Source: Auanema rhodensis
Taxonomy: Eukaryota > Animalia > Nematoda
DNA: 64,000 nucleotides
Direction of reading: 5' to 3'
NCBI GenBank assembly: GCA_964057225.1
Contig: OZ059896.1
Span: 8,246,001-8,310,000, forward strand
Part shown: piece after piece, positions 40,005 through 62,700 of the stretch
Position numbering within the stretch: the first letter of the stretch is position 1
How the letters are laid out: the number at the start of each line of letters is the position of its first letter
Notes under the pieces: model-generated
What the model was told of the DNA's origin: nothing
Database searches by the model: none
Seen by the model: the letters and a program-made list of their open reading frames with translations, nothing else
Translations under genes and position numbers: made by a program

Positions 40005-42094
40005 TTAAGAGATATAGATATGTATATATGCATGCTTTACATGCTTCGGAAGCATTGCAATTTTTCAAATTTCTCGTCAGTTTTCTTACTGAGCTCTAAT
40101 AGCTCGAAGGCTAACGCTAGCTACACCATCTCTCATTCATTGAACTAATGACAGAAACGTGGCAAAAAAAGGTTAAAAAAGGAAAAAAAAAGGAAAATTG
40201 ACAAATTCACTTCAATTTCCTTTCTTGTCTTTAGCCCAATAGACATGCAAACGTTAGAAGACATAGTCATGTCACATTAGTTGTTTCTAAGAAGGCATCA
40301 TGAGGTCGTTAATATCATTTTAACAAATAATGCAAATTAAAATAAAAAGGTTTTTTTATTCATCCTTTCTATTATAATATATTTCATCATTTTCACTTTT
40401 CTTATAATGTGTAACACCCCATTTTTCTTGGGTTATCATCACAATTCATTCTGTTTTTATATGCTGAAAAGGCTTCAATGAACGCATGTTAACATATCCC
40501 ATTATATCATTCCACATCATGCTTTTGATTTTTCTCATTTTCTTAAAAATGGAAAGCTCCTCCTTCTTTCATAGTTCGTTCTACCATCTTTATGAATCTT
40601 TTATGATGGCTAACAAATTTTTTCGTCTTAGGAAATTGAGCTCTACATTACCCCCCCCCCCTCCCAAACATACTAGATGAGTGGCATGTCGATTATTATG
40701 CCCGAATCATTTTAGCAGAAATTTGTTCACCATGAGCATAAGCCTCTCCCAAACTTTCTACTTCATTCTCCTGCCTTCTCTAGCTATCTGGCCACTCTCT
40801 CACTTTAATGTATCTATGTATCTTCATTATTTTTCTTTTACTTCATCTCTCACTCTCTAACCTTTCTGTTTAACCTCAATATATCTCTTCTTTCTCTTCG
40901 GCTTGTTCTATCTTTAAAAGATTCCAATTTTGGCTTTAGGATGTTAGTTAGTAAGAGTAATCGCCAGGCAATTTATATCCACAAGCATTTTAGAGATAAC
41001 CTATTCAAAAGCACTTGAATATTTTCATCATTTTCATACAAATTGGTTACGAAAAAGACGGTTTCTCACTTTCTCACTACGTTGTTTTATTCGCAGTTTT
41101 TCCTTTTTTTCTTCCGGCATGCACCACACTATTTTCTCCATTATTTCTTTCTTTATATCATATATACATACATAGTTATATATATATATATATATATATA
41201 CACATACACAAATACATATAATTAAGTGTGATTAAATGTTTTAAACTGAAATCTATCTCACCAACCTTTCATTCTCTTCGGTTGTTGTGTATATACATGC
41301 AATCATACAATATGTATCCATATATGTATGTACATAAATTCATATTGAAGAATAATAATTGATAAATATCTTTCTATCTATATATTATAATCTTAATAAG
41401 ATCAATGAAATCCCAAAGAATTAAAAATTAAATATTGTGCTTTTTCTGAAAAAAAAATCACAACTAAAGAATAATTTCCTTCAAGTTTTTTAATAAGTTC
41501 CATACTAATAAATTCAAACGAAGAATTTTATCACGCGAATTCTTTTTCCACGTCACGTCTCACAATGTATTTCGTATTTTGTGCTTGTTCCTTTGAAAAA
41601 AAAATGTTTGCAAATTTATATGCAGATGTTTGAAATCTGAATTTTGAGTTTGTTTTGATTAAACTTTGTTTCAAAGTTAATCCTATGCATGATGTACATA
41701 ATTAATAGGTATATTCCAAAAATATTTAATTATATAATCAATTAAAATTCTAAAAGACAATGACTCATATGTGAAAAATCTATCTGTTTAGAATAATTAT
41801 ATATTCATTCAGAACGATTTGAAGAATACAATTTTTTTCATAGCATATGGGAACGATTATGAATATCTATTGATTGAGTTTTGGTATGCAATTTGGAATT
41901 TATCTTGAAGAATATCTCTAATAGCTTTTTCTGTTTTTTTTTTTACATTTTCAACACATCTGTGCCTACGTATAAGCATAGGTTTAACCTATGTATCTTG
42001 TCGTTCATGCGAACTGAACTACATCCGGGTTAACTATGGCGATTGCTAGAAAACAACTCGTAGTAGCACCATTGTATAGATATAGTTAAAGACA

Positions 42095-42096
42095 TA

Positions 42097-42142
<46 letters not shown>
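42095..42142. repeat. (TA)n microsatellite; similar tracts at about 39975, 41177, 42428, 46441, 46694, 48830, 62062, 62711 and 63505
   Basis: Directly visible TA runs. Confidence 0.9.
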
Positions 42143-42144
<2 letters not shown>

Positions 42145-42425
42145 ATTTGTTTCGGTGGCAAGGCTACCTGCACACATGTTTGTTTTATCCTTTTTCTGCA
42201 AAGTTCATAATGCACCCATTTTGGCGATAAAACGTTCTTGTTGTCAACATCTTTTTGGTTATGTTTTATTAAACCTCTTTATTTTGTTTTTGGTATAGTT
42301 CTACACTTGATGTGATATTATACTAAACTAAAAAATTAAAGAAAAGAAGCCTGATGAATGTTTCTGGTGTGATCGTTCTTGAAAATGCATGTGTGGCACG
42401 AAACATTTCCATATACCAATATATA

Positions 42426-42460
<35 letters not shown>

Positions 42461-45400
42461 ATGTGTATGATCAGCTTAAAACTAATGTTAACATTGAATT
42501 CCAACGAGCTGAAACGTCGAAGATGAGCTAGGCATCCATCGTTTACAAACCGGAAGATATACGATGGCAGTAATGAGACATACATTTTAATGCTTTAGCT
42601 TGAATGCTTTTTGCAAGCTCAAAGTATAATGTTTATATCTCTATTCGAAGAAAAAATTCATGAAATCATTTTTCATCATGAGATCAATGATACCATCATC
42701 AACAGTCGACGGTTTCCGCGGTTCTAATCGTTGTTGCAAGGAAGCGTCACCTGAACGTGCTCGATGTCGATGTTGTCGTGATCACAATATCACAAAGATA
42801 TCTATATATGTGATATACAATGACATGTAGTCCAACATAATGAAACAGGTTATCGCAAACCGTCAGCCATCATCATATTCCATTTAACAAGACCATCATC
42901 CTCGTTTGTGTTCTTATCGCCATACGCAAACTGCCAGCACCGGCCAAACCACCATTTTTCTTTTCCGAAATCCTACATAATGAAATATTTAATATTTTAA
43001 ACCAATTAGTCATCAAACTTTTTCTTTTATCATGATGTTACTATTAGTTTAATATCATATAAATATAATCAAAGATTGTTCTATTCTCCTCACATTTACC
43101 CAACACATAACTATTTCTTTTTTTTCTTTTTTTCAAGAATTTCAAATACAACAATTTTGTGTGTCAGTGTAGAAGTATAACACACAATAAGCACATTGCC
43201 TCAGTCATTAATAGTAATTAATATTTTGTTTTTCAAAATATATTTCCTCTATAATGAAACTACTTACTTAGTATTTTAATTTTTTCTAGTTTTCACTATA
43301 TTAGTTACTAATATGATGATGGAACTAGAGTTCATATATATATTATGTTTTTATTACAACCAGTTTTAGCCTCTTATGTATTTTCTCGGCTATTTGTATT
43401 CTCAAACTTTCTCCTTCAACTTCAAAAGCTTCTTGATTTTGATTCAATTAGACATATTCTTTTTGTTTTTTTTTAACTTATTTTTTTCAAAATTAGTCCA
43501 ATGATTGACAAGATGAAGTTTTAATCAGATAGTTTACATCATTTTTTTTTTCAAAATTCAATTTAAATTTATCAGATTATTTCCTAATTGATTCAAGTTC
43601 TAATTGTTTGAACGACCAGTACTCGTTTATTTCACAGCTTAATTAACGCTTGAATATGTGAAGTAGTAAATTAGATATACATTATTACTTATAATATGAA
43701 TGTATAAAAGTTTTTTTTTAAATATAAAATTAATTAAAAAGATCGTTTTTTATGTTTTTGATTGCAAAATTGCATTCATTATATTAAGATTTTGTGAAAT
43801 CATATAGGTGCACGTTGTAATAACTTATTCTAATTTTCAAATATGCTCACGCATTCTTTTATGAGCGCCTTTATTGAACGGTTGTTTCCCTTTTTCTGTA
43901 ATGTGTTTTTTATTTTTTCTTTTTTTTTCTTTTTAGTTATTACGGATGTTTTCACCTTATATAGACATTATATGTATATATGTAATCTACATGATCAAGT
44001 GCCGGAAGTTTCCATATCCGAACCTCATTATGACGTCATATTAATGAAAACGAGCTATCAACCTATGTTAATCAATTTTTGCATATTTGTGAAGATAATG
44101 TTATGAAAATCATATTTATAATTTTGAAGAAAAAACAAACAAACAATCTTCTCATTAAACCTTCTTTTTTTCGTTTTTGAAATGAATCATTGAATGATTT
44201 TCAAACTCTTAAAAGTTAAAAGCCAATATTGTAATGGTGCGGAAAATGCCACAACGCTTGATGCCACTCTTTCAAATGTGTATTCTGTGCACATTTCATG
44301 AATGAACACTGTGCTGGCTGGCATTGAGTTAGCTGTAGTCATTCCAGTGCTGATGACATCGACATCGACAGTATCATCGTCGTTCAATTGTGGACGCTGT
44401 CATTTTCTGAGTTTCCGTTTTAGAGTCAAGTGAAATGTCCAATTACATTTGTTTATAGCTGGCCGTTTCTGCTTCTATCTTAGTTCACCTCTCTATCTCT
44501 TCAAACCTCTTTCATACCTCTTTCTCATTCTTATCTATTTTTCTTGAAATCTTTGGTTCTCTTGTTCTATTCTGACTCTTTTTACATGTATTTTACCTAT
44601 TTTTTGTCATATGTGCTTTTTGTTTCTTTTTTTTTGGGGGGAATTTTTGCTTCTATGTGTTTCTGTGTTTCTATTTCCTTCCATTTGTCATATACATCTA
44701 TCCAGACATAGTATGTTCATGTGTATGTATGTATGCTATATAAATCTCCAAAAAATACGTTATATCAGATACTCATTTCATCTTCATTTCTCTCATTATT
44801 TTTCTTTCCGTTTTCCGTCTTTTGCTATGCCTGTCGCCATCATCGTATGCTTCTTTCTACCATCTTCTCCTACTTCGGATAATCCGAGCATATCTTCCTT
44901 ATTCATAGACGTTATCGATTAAAGAAGCTGTGCTCGTCTTCTTTCTTTCTTTATTCTGTCTCCTTGATGAGTGCTATCTACATCTTCTCTCCTAATCTCC
45001 TAATATGGCTTGTCAGCTTTTACAGATCCAAACCTGGCTAGATCCAATGACTTCTTAGAAATCAAATGCTTTCAACAGCGGCTTCCATGGTTGTATAAGA
45101 TTTTCATTTTTTCCCTTCTAATGATGATTTGCAGTGTTCGAATCTTCAGAATTTCAATTCAACTTTCTCTACCTCACTTTAGATTTTTATGTATGCATTT
45201 TTTTTGGCAGTTTCCCTCTGCCGTTTTCTTTCGCACTTCATTTAAATTCTAGCATTTCATCTCGGCCTTTTGAATTTTGTTAGGAATTTTCACCCACGCA
45301 AAGTTGAAAAAGTCTTTCTCGCATTTAAACGTCTTCTAAGCATTCTACCATAATTGATTTCATATTTTTGAATGAACTCTACGAATACATTATTCGTCAT

Positions 45401-46435
45401 AGTTCATAACTGATATAATCTATATGTATGTACATATATCTGTTGATATACATACATCTATATAAGACAACGTTTTTCATTGGTTTCTCAACCCTTAAAA
45501 GCACACTAAGGCCATTTCTCACCTCCATTTTGAGCATTCTCTCCAGTTTCCTTTTCTTCTTCTCTTAACCCCTTTCTCTTCCCCTTCTTCCTTCCCTTTT
45601 TCCACTCTGTCATCGTTCCTCATTTCTAGTTTCGTTCAGCTGCAAATCCCACTCAGCCCTCATCCAGCAGCAAACGGACCGTTTGAGCTTGACAATTACT
45701 CTCAACTAGGTGATGTGGAAGGACATCATAATTAACATCCTCTTAATCATAAAAATCTTAAAAATTTCTATAAACCTTGTTCCAATCCTTTATAGCAAAT
45801 TCCTTCCCACTTCTTTACGTGCTCATAATGTTGAATATATTGAAAAGTTCATAGGTAAGATTAAAGACCTTTCTTGGAAATAATAATGCACTAATGGCCA
45901 AAGGTTTTTACAAATGTTGTTATCCATCATTTCAAATTATTAAATATTGCATTTTCCTAAACGTTTTTTCATATCAATTATGTCTTTTTTTTTCCAACAT
46001 GATAACTTTCATTTCTTTTTTTAAAAATTTATATAAAAAAAGATATAATCAAATTAGAATTTACATTCATTTTACTTGACACTTAACATTTCTATCGAAA
46101 GTTTATTTTTTTGTTATAATTTCAAATCCCCTTATTTTTCTCTCTCTCTCAAACAGAAATGATTGAAATTGTCGGAACTTGGAAATTTTCAGGAAATAAA
46201 AGTTAAAGCCAACTTTTGCTCTAGCTTTTCCCTTCTATCTGAATTAAAACTTCCATTTTTATGGTAAAGTTCATACAGAGTTTATTTTCAAAACATTTTA
46301 CCTTCATAATTTTTGCAATATGCATATTATATTCCATACATTAGTTTTTATTTCATTTCATTTATTTCAATTACATCTTTCTGCTAAATAATCTTCTTTT
46401 CTAGTACAAATTCTGAATATACTATATATAATAAA

Positions 46436-46478
<43 letters not shown>

Positions 46479-47698
46479 ATATAAATTTTCAAATTTTCAA
46501 ATTCAGATCATAAACCCAATATTGCATATTCATGAAAATTATCTACTTAAGTACTGTGAAAAAGTCTTAAACTTTAAGGATAATACTCTCAAAATGTTCT
46601 TTTTTCACATAGTACATATGTATTTAGGCATAAAATTTAATATATTTTAATAGAAAAGTTAATAAAAAAGAATAATTTAAATATAAGATTACATATATAT
46701 ATATATATATACATATATAATATATAACTATGTGCATAAAATGATCCTGAAAAAAATGACATAACCTCAATCTGAATTTTTAATAACACATTATAATCTA
46801 TTACAAAAACTCCCCATAGTTTTTTTCAATATGTTTTTTAATGTTATTGGCTTTGCTGTAAGCTAATTTGTTTTTTTTATCATATAATTAAGCTGATTTC
46901 TGAGTATTTTTCTATGTTGTTCGTATTGAATGCCAAAAGAAGACGCATAACGCAATATTTCATTTAAAATTATTTTTCTTACATTTCAAAAGAAACAAAT
47001 TAAATTCTTAAATTTTGGAGTATATTTTAATTCTTTTCTTTTTATTTCACACTATACTATACGATATAGGTTGTACGATGAAAATTTTGATTAATGAAGA
47101 AATATTTCACGCCTAGAATAAAAAAAAAACAGAAACATATGATATAATATACTATACTATACATGTTACTTCTTCTTTCATTGTTGAGGAAGTAGTATGT
47201 CAAATGATAGAATTCTGTATTTCAATGTGCTAATCTGTTGAGTTCGACAACAATGTATTGAAAAATGCTTCTAATATGAGAACTTTGAGCTTTTGTTCGC
47301 TTCCAACTTATGATTTGAAGCAAAATTCAGGTTTTAATCGAATCTATTAACAACCAGACTGTGCCTATTAAAAAATTTGTCTATCATTTTTAACTAACTC
47401 AATCGTTCTATAATTCGTTTACTCATATTTAGAAACAAAAAATAGCATAGAAAGAGTAAAGACACCAGAAAAGTAAGAAAACAACTTTCTGTTCGCTTTT
47501 CATTGTCGTCGAAAGAATAACAACATGTATGCATGCATATACAAAGATGGTAGACATCTACTTCTCTCTCCTTTCTCTTTCACTCTTTTTTCTTTCATTT
47601 TTTAACTTTTTTCTTCTCTCAATCATCTCGTTTCTTCTCAATATTATGCCTCATTCTGTTATTGAAACAGTGTTATCACATCACTAGTTTACTTACAG

Positions 47699-47748
47699 AC
47701 TTGAATATACATATTTGTATCTGAAGCCAGGAGAAGCCAAACTGATAC
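47699..47748 (+). other. Candidate non-coding 5' exon of the PMCA gene
   Basis: ttacttacag acceptor, 50 nt, then a perfect gtaagt donor at 47749. It follows a pyrimidine-rich promoter-like tract, and the PMCA first coding exon has its own acceptor at 52348-52349. Confidence 0.4.
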
Positions 47749-48824
47749 GTAAGTATGGTTTTCATGTGAGCAATTCATAATTTTATTGTTATGAATCTAT
47801 TACTCACTTTGTTTTCTTCAACTTAATGCTTAAGCATGATGATGGGAAAAGGTTTGAACATCGAAGCACTGCTATTAAATGAAAATAATAAGCAATTGAG
47901 TAAAGTTCTAATCAATATGTATTCAAACATTGTTCTCTTAAAAACATGAAGAACTCTTGTAAAGTGTTTCAGTAACATCATATAGTTAAGTGTAGAAATA
48001 GTTCGTCATACACAATCAAACTTTAGCACATCTGAAGAGCTTAAATGTGAAAAACGTGTGATGAACTGAAAATTAGTTAGATATACGTGAACAAAAAAAA
48101 GAACAGTGAGGAGAAGCCAAGGAGATAATCATTGATAAGATTTCAACCTTGATCTGTCTTCTTCATCATAGACATTTTAAGTGTGAATCAAATTGTTGAA
48201 AAATGATTGTTACCATGGTTGCCCATCACTTCATTGCTCGCTTCTACCTTATGCTTAACAAAACTTTTATATACAATATGTTGGATTTATTAGACCTTTT
48301 AAATAATAATTATATTATTCTTTATTGATCTTTATGAAATTTATATATTTCTATAGATATTAATTCATATTTTTTCTTAATATTTTATAGTTACATTGAT
48401 ATTTGACTTGATACAAAATATGAAATTGAAGAAAAAAGAATGAAGAATTCATTTTCGAAACTTCATAAAATTTTTAACTTTTCAAATTAATATTGTATAA
48501 CCTCATTTATCTTCTATTATAGTTATAATTTATAATTTATAGTTTTCGTATTTTCTTTTTCTATCTAAATCAACCAGAAAAAATCTCATCTTGAGATTGA
48601 AATCGAAGTAAGCTGTTTATCATAAACAATCAGGATTCCGCTCTCTTTTATAACTTCAAAAGAATGGCAAGCGGAATTAGTTTGGATGGCAAAAAAGCAA
48701 CGTTTAGTAAAACCTTTACATCCAAATTCTTTATGCAGTTTTTTCCTCTTTCCTGCAATACCTATTGTACTTTTTCCTTTTTTTTTTGCTTTTTAAACAT
48801 CATTAACTCATTATTTTCTATTTT

Positions 48825-48860
<36 letters not shown>

Positions 48861-51800
48861 TATGAAAACAAAATAAGTAAAATTGGGAATATATTGATGA
48901 ACAGATCAAAAGGTTTCATTTTCTTTTTTTCTTCTTCTTCTTCTTCTTTTCAATTGTCATTTCTTATAGTTACAATTGAGAACAGACCAAGTACCAATTT
49001 TACAATATTTTGATCCTAGTCTTAAACATATTAGATAGATAATCAACGTTTTTTGCTCTGGAAAATTGAAACGATTTTATAAAACCTGTTTCAATTTATA
49101 CTTTTATTTTATTATTTATAATATTATTAATTAATTTTATATAATATCTTATGTATGTATATATGTATATACTATATACTATATGTATATGTGTATCTAA
49201 TATTATTATTATTATTATGATTATTATATCGATACACATAGATGAAAGTATATAGTATTGTACATTATAGACATGTTCTATCGTTCGTTCCATACTTTTG
49301 CTTTTACGAACTAGATGAAACAGCCAAAACCGCGTGTTTCATGCGAAATAATTTTGGTTTAGCATCAGATGAATGCTGACGATGTAATTGTTTAATGATA
49401 GTGTGGTGTATTGAATGATCAGACAAAAATTCGAAGAGACACAGATATCTAGGAAAAAGTCCTTCAACTTACATCTTCTCATATCGTTTCTCTTCTCCCT
49501 TCATTTCCCTAACATTTTCGCGCATTTTCTCTGAATTTTCATGGATCATTTTGAAAAATTTAATAGCTCAACCAATGCTATACTGAATCATTCTCTTACA
49601 GTCTAGTCAGATCACAACATTTTTCAATTTTCTGTCACAATTTTTGTTCTTGTACAATTGATTCAATCTACTTCTGATTATCATGACACTGATGTATATC
49701 ATCACTACAGGAACCGTGATGACAGAATCAACGTCATCCATATCACATTTCGGCAACGGCACGACAACGGTGACGACGTCAACTACAACATGCTAACAGA
49801 TCACCTTTTATCAACACGTCTTCTACGTCACCGTGGTCGTTGTCATCGTTGCCTTCGTCTTCGTTGTGATGATCGCTAGTACCGTGTGCGACCTTGCTGA
49901 AAGTCTGACTTGGTTTTCATATTATTCTGCCTCTACCTTCTTTCCCACAAAAAGTCGTCGCTCTACTTTTTGTTCTTCCATTATCATATAACAGACACAC
50001 ACACATACATACACAATAATTCTAACAAATAGCTAGATTACCCGCATCACGTTGCTAAGTTCAAATACTGGCATCAAAATGCAATTTTTTCTCTTAATAT
50101 ATTACAAATCATCTGTCAATGCTCTTCACTCCCCTCCCCCTCCCCCATGTTCTATTTTGATTATGTTCGATGCTTTGCTATTAACTTTTATTATATAAGT
50201 AGTATTTGTAATACAATAGTTAACATCTTATTACATAATTTACTTTCTCTCATGATTTTCTGCTTAATCCGTTGGAGGATTACATCAACGTCCACAAGTC
50301 CAGCCGATAAAAGTCGGGAAATATACCACATCTTCAATCAATTTTCTATTAACTTATAGAAACATATACTTACATATGTATATATAAAGTTTTTCTAACT
50401 TTAACCCAAAAACCTTGTTTTAGCACCTAAAGCATATGTCATAGTGTTCACTTTGTTTAAACTACTATTGGCTTCATCCATAAATTGATGTGAACAACCT
50501 ATAAGCTTTAAGAGCTGTAAAAAGCTTTCGTTATAAGACTCTTTACATAATTTTTGATGAGAATTACATACATACATATATATCTATTCACATATAGTTA
50601 ATTAGTTCAAATGACTTCTATAGTTTATTTCTAAAATGCCTTTCTTCAGCTACAACTTCATACTTGTCTTCATCAGTCATGTCACTTTTCTTGTTCTTAT
50701 TAAAACAAATTGCCAATTCAGACAATTAACTTTTGAAAGTATTAATAAATTATCAATTCATGACAATAAACGCAAAAAATGTTATTTTTTGCGGATAAAG
50801 GAACCTGTTTCCCTATATACTATTTTTGTGGAAACTTTCATGTTTACGTAGTAAGTACACTTATGTCATTTTGCATTTCTTTTCTTGTTTCCCGACATAT
50901 TTTCTTTATCAACCTAATCATTAATTCATTTTTTTTCTCTCATTTTTTATTCTTTTCTCTTATTTCCATACGATAACCGTAATATTGACAAATTGAATTG
51001 TCGAGACCTGGCAAATTTTCGACCAGTTGCCCCCCCCCCCCCGTCCAAAAAACCTGCTTCGGACTTGGCACTTGATGTTATTGCTTGAGGGGCTTCACTT
51101 CCAATCAACTTACCTCCTACTACCATCAGAGCACAAATTCAATTGATTCTGATGATTATGTTTTCTTTTTTCTGCATTTCGTTAAACCATGTTTTAGGAA
51201 AAACATTCTATTCATGACCTTTCTTCTCGTTATTGCTGTATCTCTTTGCTTTTCCTATACTCAACTACTCATGCCTTAAAAGTAGTTTTCAAATGTGAAC
51301 TATTTGAGCTTGAAAACCTAGCAAATAGTTTTGCATTGAGCTTCTTCTTTCTATTATACAAATGTAAGCTCATTAAGGAATTCAAACAAATCATTTGACC
51401 TTTTTTCTCGAAAAAAAAATCATTTAAAACGCGTTGATACCCGCCCATACCCCATTAATTCAACAACATCTCAGTTCGTATCATCATATACTGAAATAGT
51501 TTGTCTAACGAACTATAGAGGTTCTCATGTTCTATCCCTCTCTCAATTAATCCATATACATTTGAAAAAAAAACATTTTGGATGGCTCAACAACACAAAA
51601 ATATCCAAATATAATTCATTGTTATAATATTGATAGAATTTGTCTTTATATCTTTTCTTTTATTGTTCATCATGGTTTCTAGATCTACCAACATCTTCAC
51701 TAGATTGATAATCCTTTCATCTTTCCATAAAACAATATATGAATCTCTTGATGTTTCAGCTTTTTCTCGTCTTTTTTTTCTATTTCTTTCTTCTTTTTTT

Positions 51801-52361
51801 TTACAAAAAGTCTAACTAATGTCGTTTTTTCTTCATTTTATAAATATTTTAATGTTTTTTTTAAATACCTTGACTCTAAGTTTTACTCAATACTATAATG
51901 TATATATAGAAATATGTTCATTCATACATATTTATATATCTCTCTTCCTAAAATAATACTAAATGCCTTTTTTTTATTATTATTATGACATATGTTCAAT
52001 TTTGTTTCTCTTTTTAAACTATTTACAAATAACTTACCTTTTCTTCTGTAGTAGTTTCATAATAAGTCTTGAAATTTTGTGGGAAACATTTCAAATAGTC
52101 AAAGTTGTTGAGTCAAACATCAAATTGCGATAGCTATTCAAAAACCCTTTTCTTCTCACCAGAATAGGTGCCAATCGCAGTCAGAAACATATGAGAAGTA
52201 TGGAAATACTCATTTTCAACTCAAACCTTTTTTTTCATTTTATCATATAGATTATAATATTTAATTTTTCAATTATTCACTTCTTCTTTTTTTTTCTTCA
52301 TTTTTGATGTGCTAGGTAATCATTTTATATTTTAATGTTATATTTCTAGCGGGTGGATGAA

Positions 52362-59791
<7,430 letters not shown>

Positions 59792-62700
59792 ATTCTCTAC
59801 TTTTAACTATTAATTTTTCAACACTTATATTATACATATACATTTATGTATATATAATTATCATGTTGTATATTTATTATCATTTTTTTTTGTTTTAATC
59901 ACACAAAAAGCACAATATTACTCCACAAAAAGACTACTTCACTTCACTAGCCGTCCGTGTTTTGTCATTTCAAGTCAAATTACACTCGTGTTCTTCTTTT
60001 TTTTGCCATTGCCTCTGCTTGTGTGCCTTTCTATCTTTTTATGTCTTCATTGGCCGGCTTCCTGATATTCCTGTAGTAACAGTTTCATAGAGTTTTCAAC
60101 TTTTTTAGAACAAAAAAAGATGGAAATTCTCTATTACCTGTTTGGCTGCTCATTCCATCATCCTTTTCCACATCTTCGAATTTTTTAGATTCCCGTGTTC
60201 TTCCTTCTTCCTTATCAGTTTGTTGTTGTTAAATTTTCTTCTTATTTTTCAAATTTCTAAGGAGTCACGACTCCATTACTTTTTAGAAAGAAACTTATTT
60301 CTATTTGCTCATGACAGATTTCCATAAGAGATAAACTGAAAAAATTCCTGTACATAGTGAACATTCCAAAATATCGGCTTAAAACCGTAGTTTTCACTTT
60401 TCTTTTTCCTTTTTTTAGCCTTAATCTTCAACAAAATGTCATTTTGATATCCTCTCCCCGTTATATAAAGCGAGTGTGTCTTTCTAAGTGTCAATAGAAT
60501 CTTCCTGATTCGGACCCAAACCATTTTTAACAAATTTGTATTGAAAGTACTAAAGTTTTTCTTATTTTTTTATTTAATAAGCTATAATATAAGAAATTTC
60601 CTAGATAAACAGTGTACTTGAATTGAAATACGGTAAATGCCGATCCGTTTTGGTTTCAACAACAATTATTTTTTCCATTTTTCTCTTCCATATGAACATC
60701 CCACAAATCTGTTTCATTTCTCATAATTATTTCCATATTTCCTTATTGAAATGGCTCAAACTGCTTACTAGTTCATAACTGGAGTTTTATTATTTTGCTT
60801 TCTTTGAATTTTTTTTATAAACTCGTATAGAAATAACATATAAAAGGAAGAGCTAATATGAACATTGTTAGGTATATAACTAACTGTTCACCAGATTATC
60901 TATATAGCTAAAATGATTAAAATATTTCATAAAATCATTGTTTTAATTTTTATAATTGAATATATACATGCATATATAGTAATATACATAATAAGTTATA
61001 TATGTACACATATAAACAATATAATCAGCAATTTCAATATCAACAATATCCTTATTTAAGAACTTGAAAATACAATATTTTTGTATAATCTATCAAGTTA
61101 TATAAATTATATTATGATACACATATTTATATAAATAATTATGAAAACAAATCAAAAATAAAAACAATATTTATAGTTGGAATTGAAAGCAAAAAATATT
61201 GGAAAACTGCTTACAAGCCCGTTCATGCTTCAACTAAAACTCTTCCGGTAAACTTTGTTCTCAGACCATATACATATGACTTAGACTAATTAAGCATTTA
61301 GATGAAGTGAATACAACAGATAATTGCTTATTGAGTTTTTATAATTATGAGAATAAGATAAATTAATTTGAGGGCACTTTTAGAAAAATGATCTTTCGTC
61401 TTGTGAAGAATATTAGGAAGTTTTCGGATCAAGTGGCCTTTTTGAATGACCATAAACTTGCACACTGATCTCAATTTTCTTTAATTTCTTGTAGCTTGTT
61501 TCATAAATGGAATTAGCTATTTGAGAGTTTTTAGAAGTGGAACGAGACGTTGAATTTAGTTTCTGATCGCGGATGGAATGTCAATTGGTTTATGTAATAA
61601 GATCTCATGGTTAAGTGATCAGAAGAAGTAAAAGGATGAAGATTATGTCAAAGATGAAATGGAGAACATTACTAAAGAAGAAGAAGAAGAAGAATGAAAT
61701 TGAGGAAAGAAAAGGAAATTGCAATCAACCATTCACCTAATACGTCTCAACCAAAAGTTTATATTAGTATCCAAAAACCATAATAGGAATCAGAATAATC
61801 TTTGCGTGAACGTCACTTTTTTTTGCACGTGAAATGAATATGTACACGTTTATGCTAATTTATATTTAACGTTTATTAAATTTATTTTATGCTCCTTTAT
61901 ACATTTGGTGATATGCTTAACTTTTTTTTTCTTAATTTTGATCAGCAATGCAAAGAAAAAAAAGATCTGAATTGCATAATCTTTGTATTAAATATTTTAA
62001 TAATACTTTGATTTGTTATAGTTTCTTTCTACTTTATTTCCACGAATATTTAATTTTTTATTATATATATATATATATATAGATAAATATATTAATTTTT
62101 ATTTTCACTTCATTATTTTCATGAAGGAAAGAAAAAGCTAGTGACGATACGAATAAAATATTACCTAAGGCATAGACAAGAAGTCAAAGAAGAAGGGGAA
62201 ACATCATTAACAAACCAATGGGAAAAGCTGTATTTAGTGCTGAAACGCTTATTCATCATGCTGAATAAAGGGAGTAAAAGAAAAAGAGAAAAAAGCGAGA
62301 AACTGAGAAGAAAATGAGAGAAAACATAAAAGTAAGAGTAAAGTTAGAAAGTATGAGAGGGTGGGAAGAAGGTAATAGAGAGAAGGAAAAATTCGTCGTT
62401 TTCTGTTGTTTTCTTTTTCTTTTCGCTCTATCTATCTTAACTATCTATATCTTTCTTCCTATTTTTCTTTGTTTCTCAGCAACTCTTTACGTATAAAAAG
62501 TTTTTTTCCTTTGTGGATGTTCTCCTCCCATTCTCAGCTCATATGCATCTCCTTTTTTTTGCTTTTTGTCGCTTTTTGCTTGATTTCGAGTCATATTTTC
62601 TATAACCATTTACTATTTTATTTTTTTTTCAATGAGCAGAAAACAAACCGATTTCACGTTTTCAACATTATGCACATCATTTCATAGTTCTGAAGCTCAA

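Noticed and set aside
41977-41993. ggtttaacc resembling a spliced-leader 5' end, inside the palindrome cataggtttaacctatg
   Set aside because: No full 22-nt SL sequence, donor or Sm site follows.
35292-51815. Numerous Phe/Ile/Tyr-rich 60-100 aa ORFs
   Set aside because: They are translations of T-rich tracts and TA microsatellites with no codon or splice structure.
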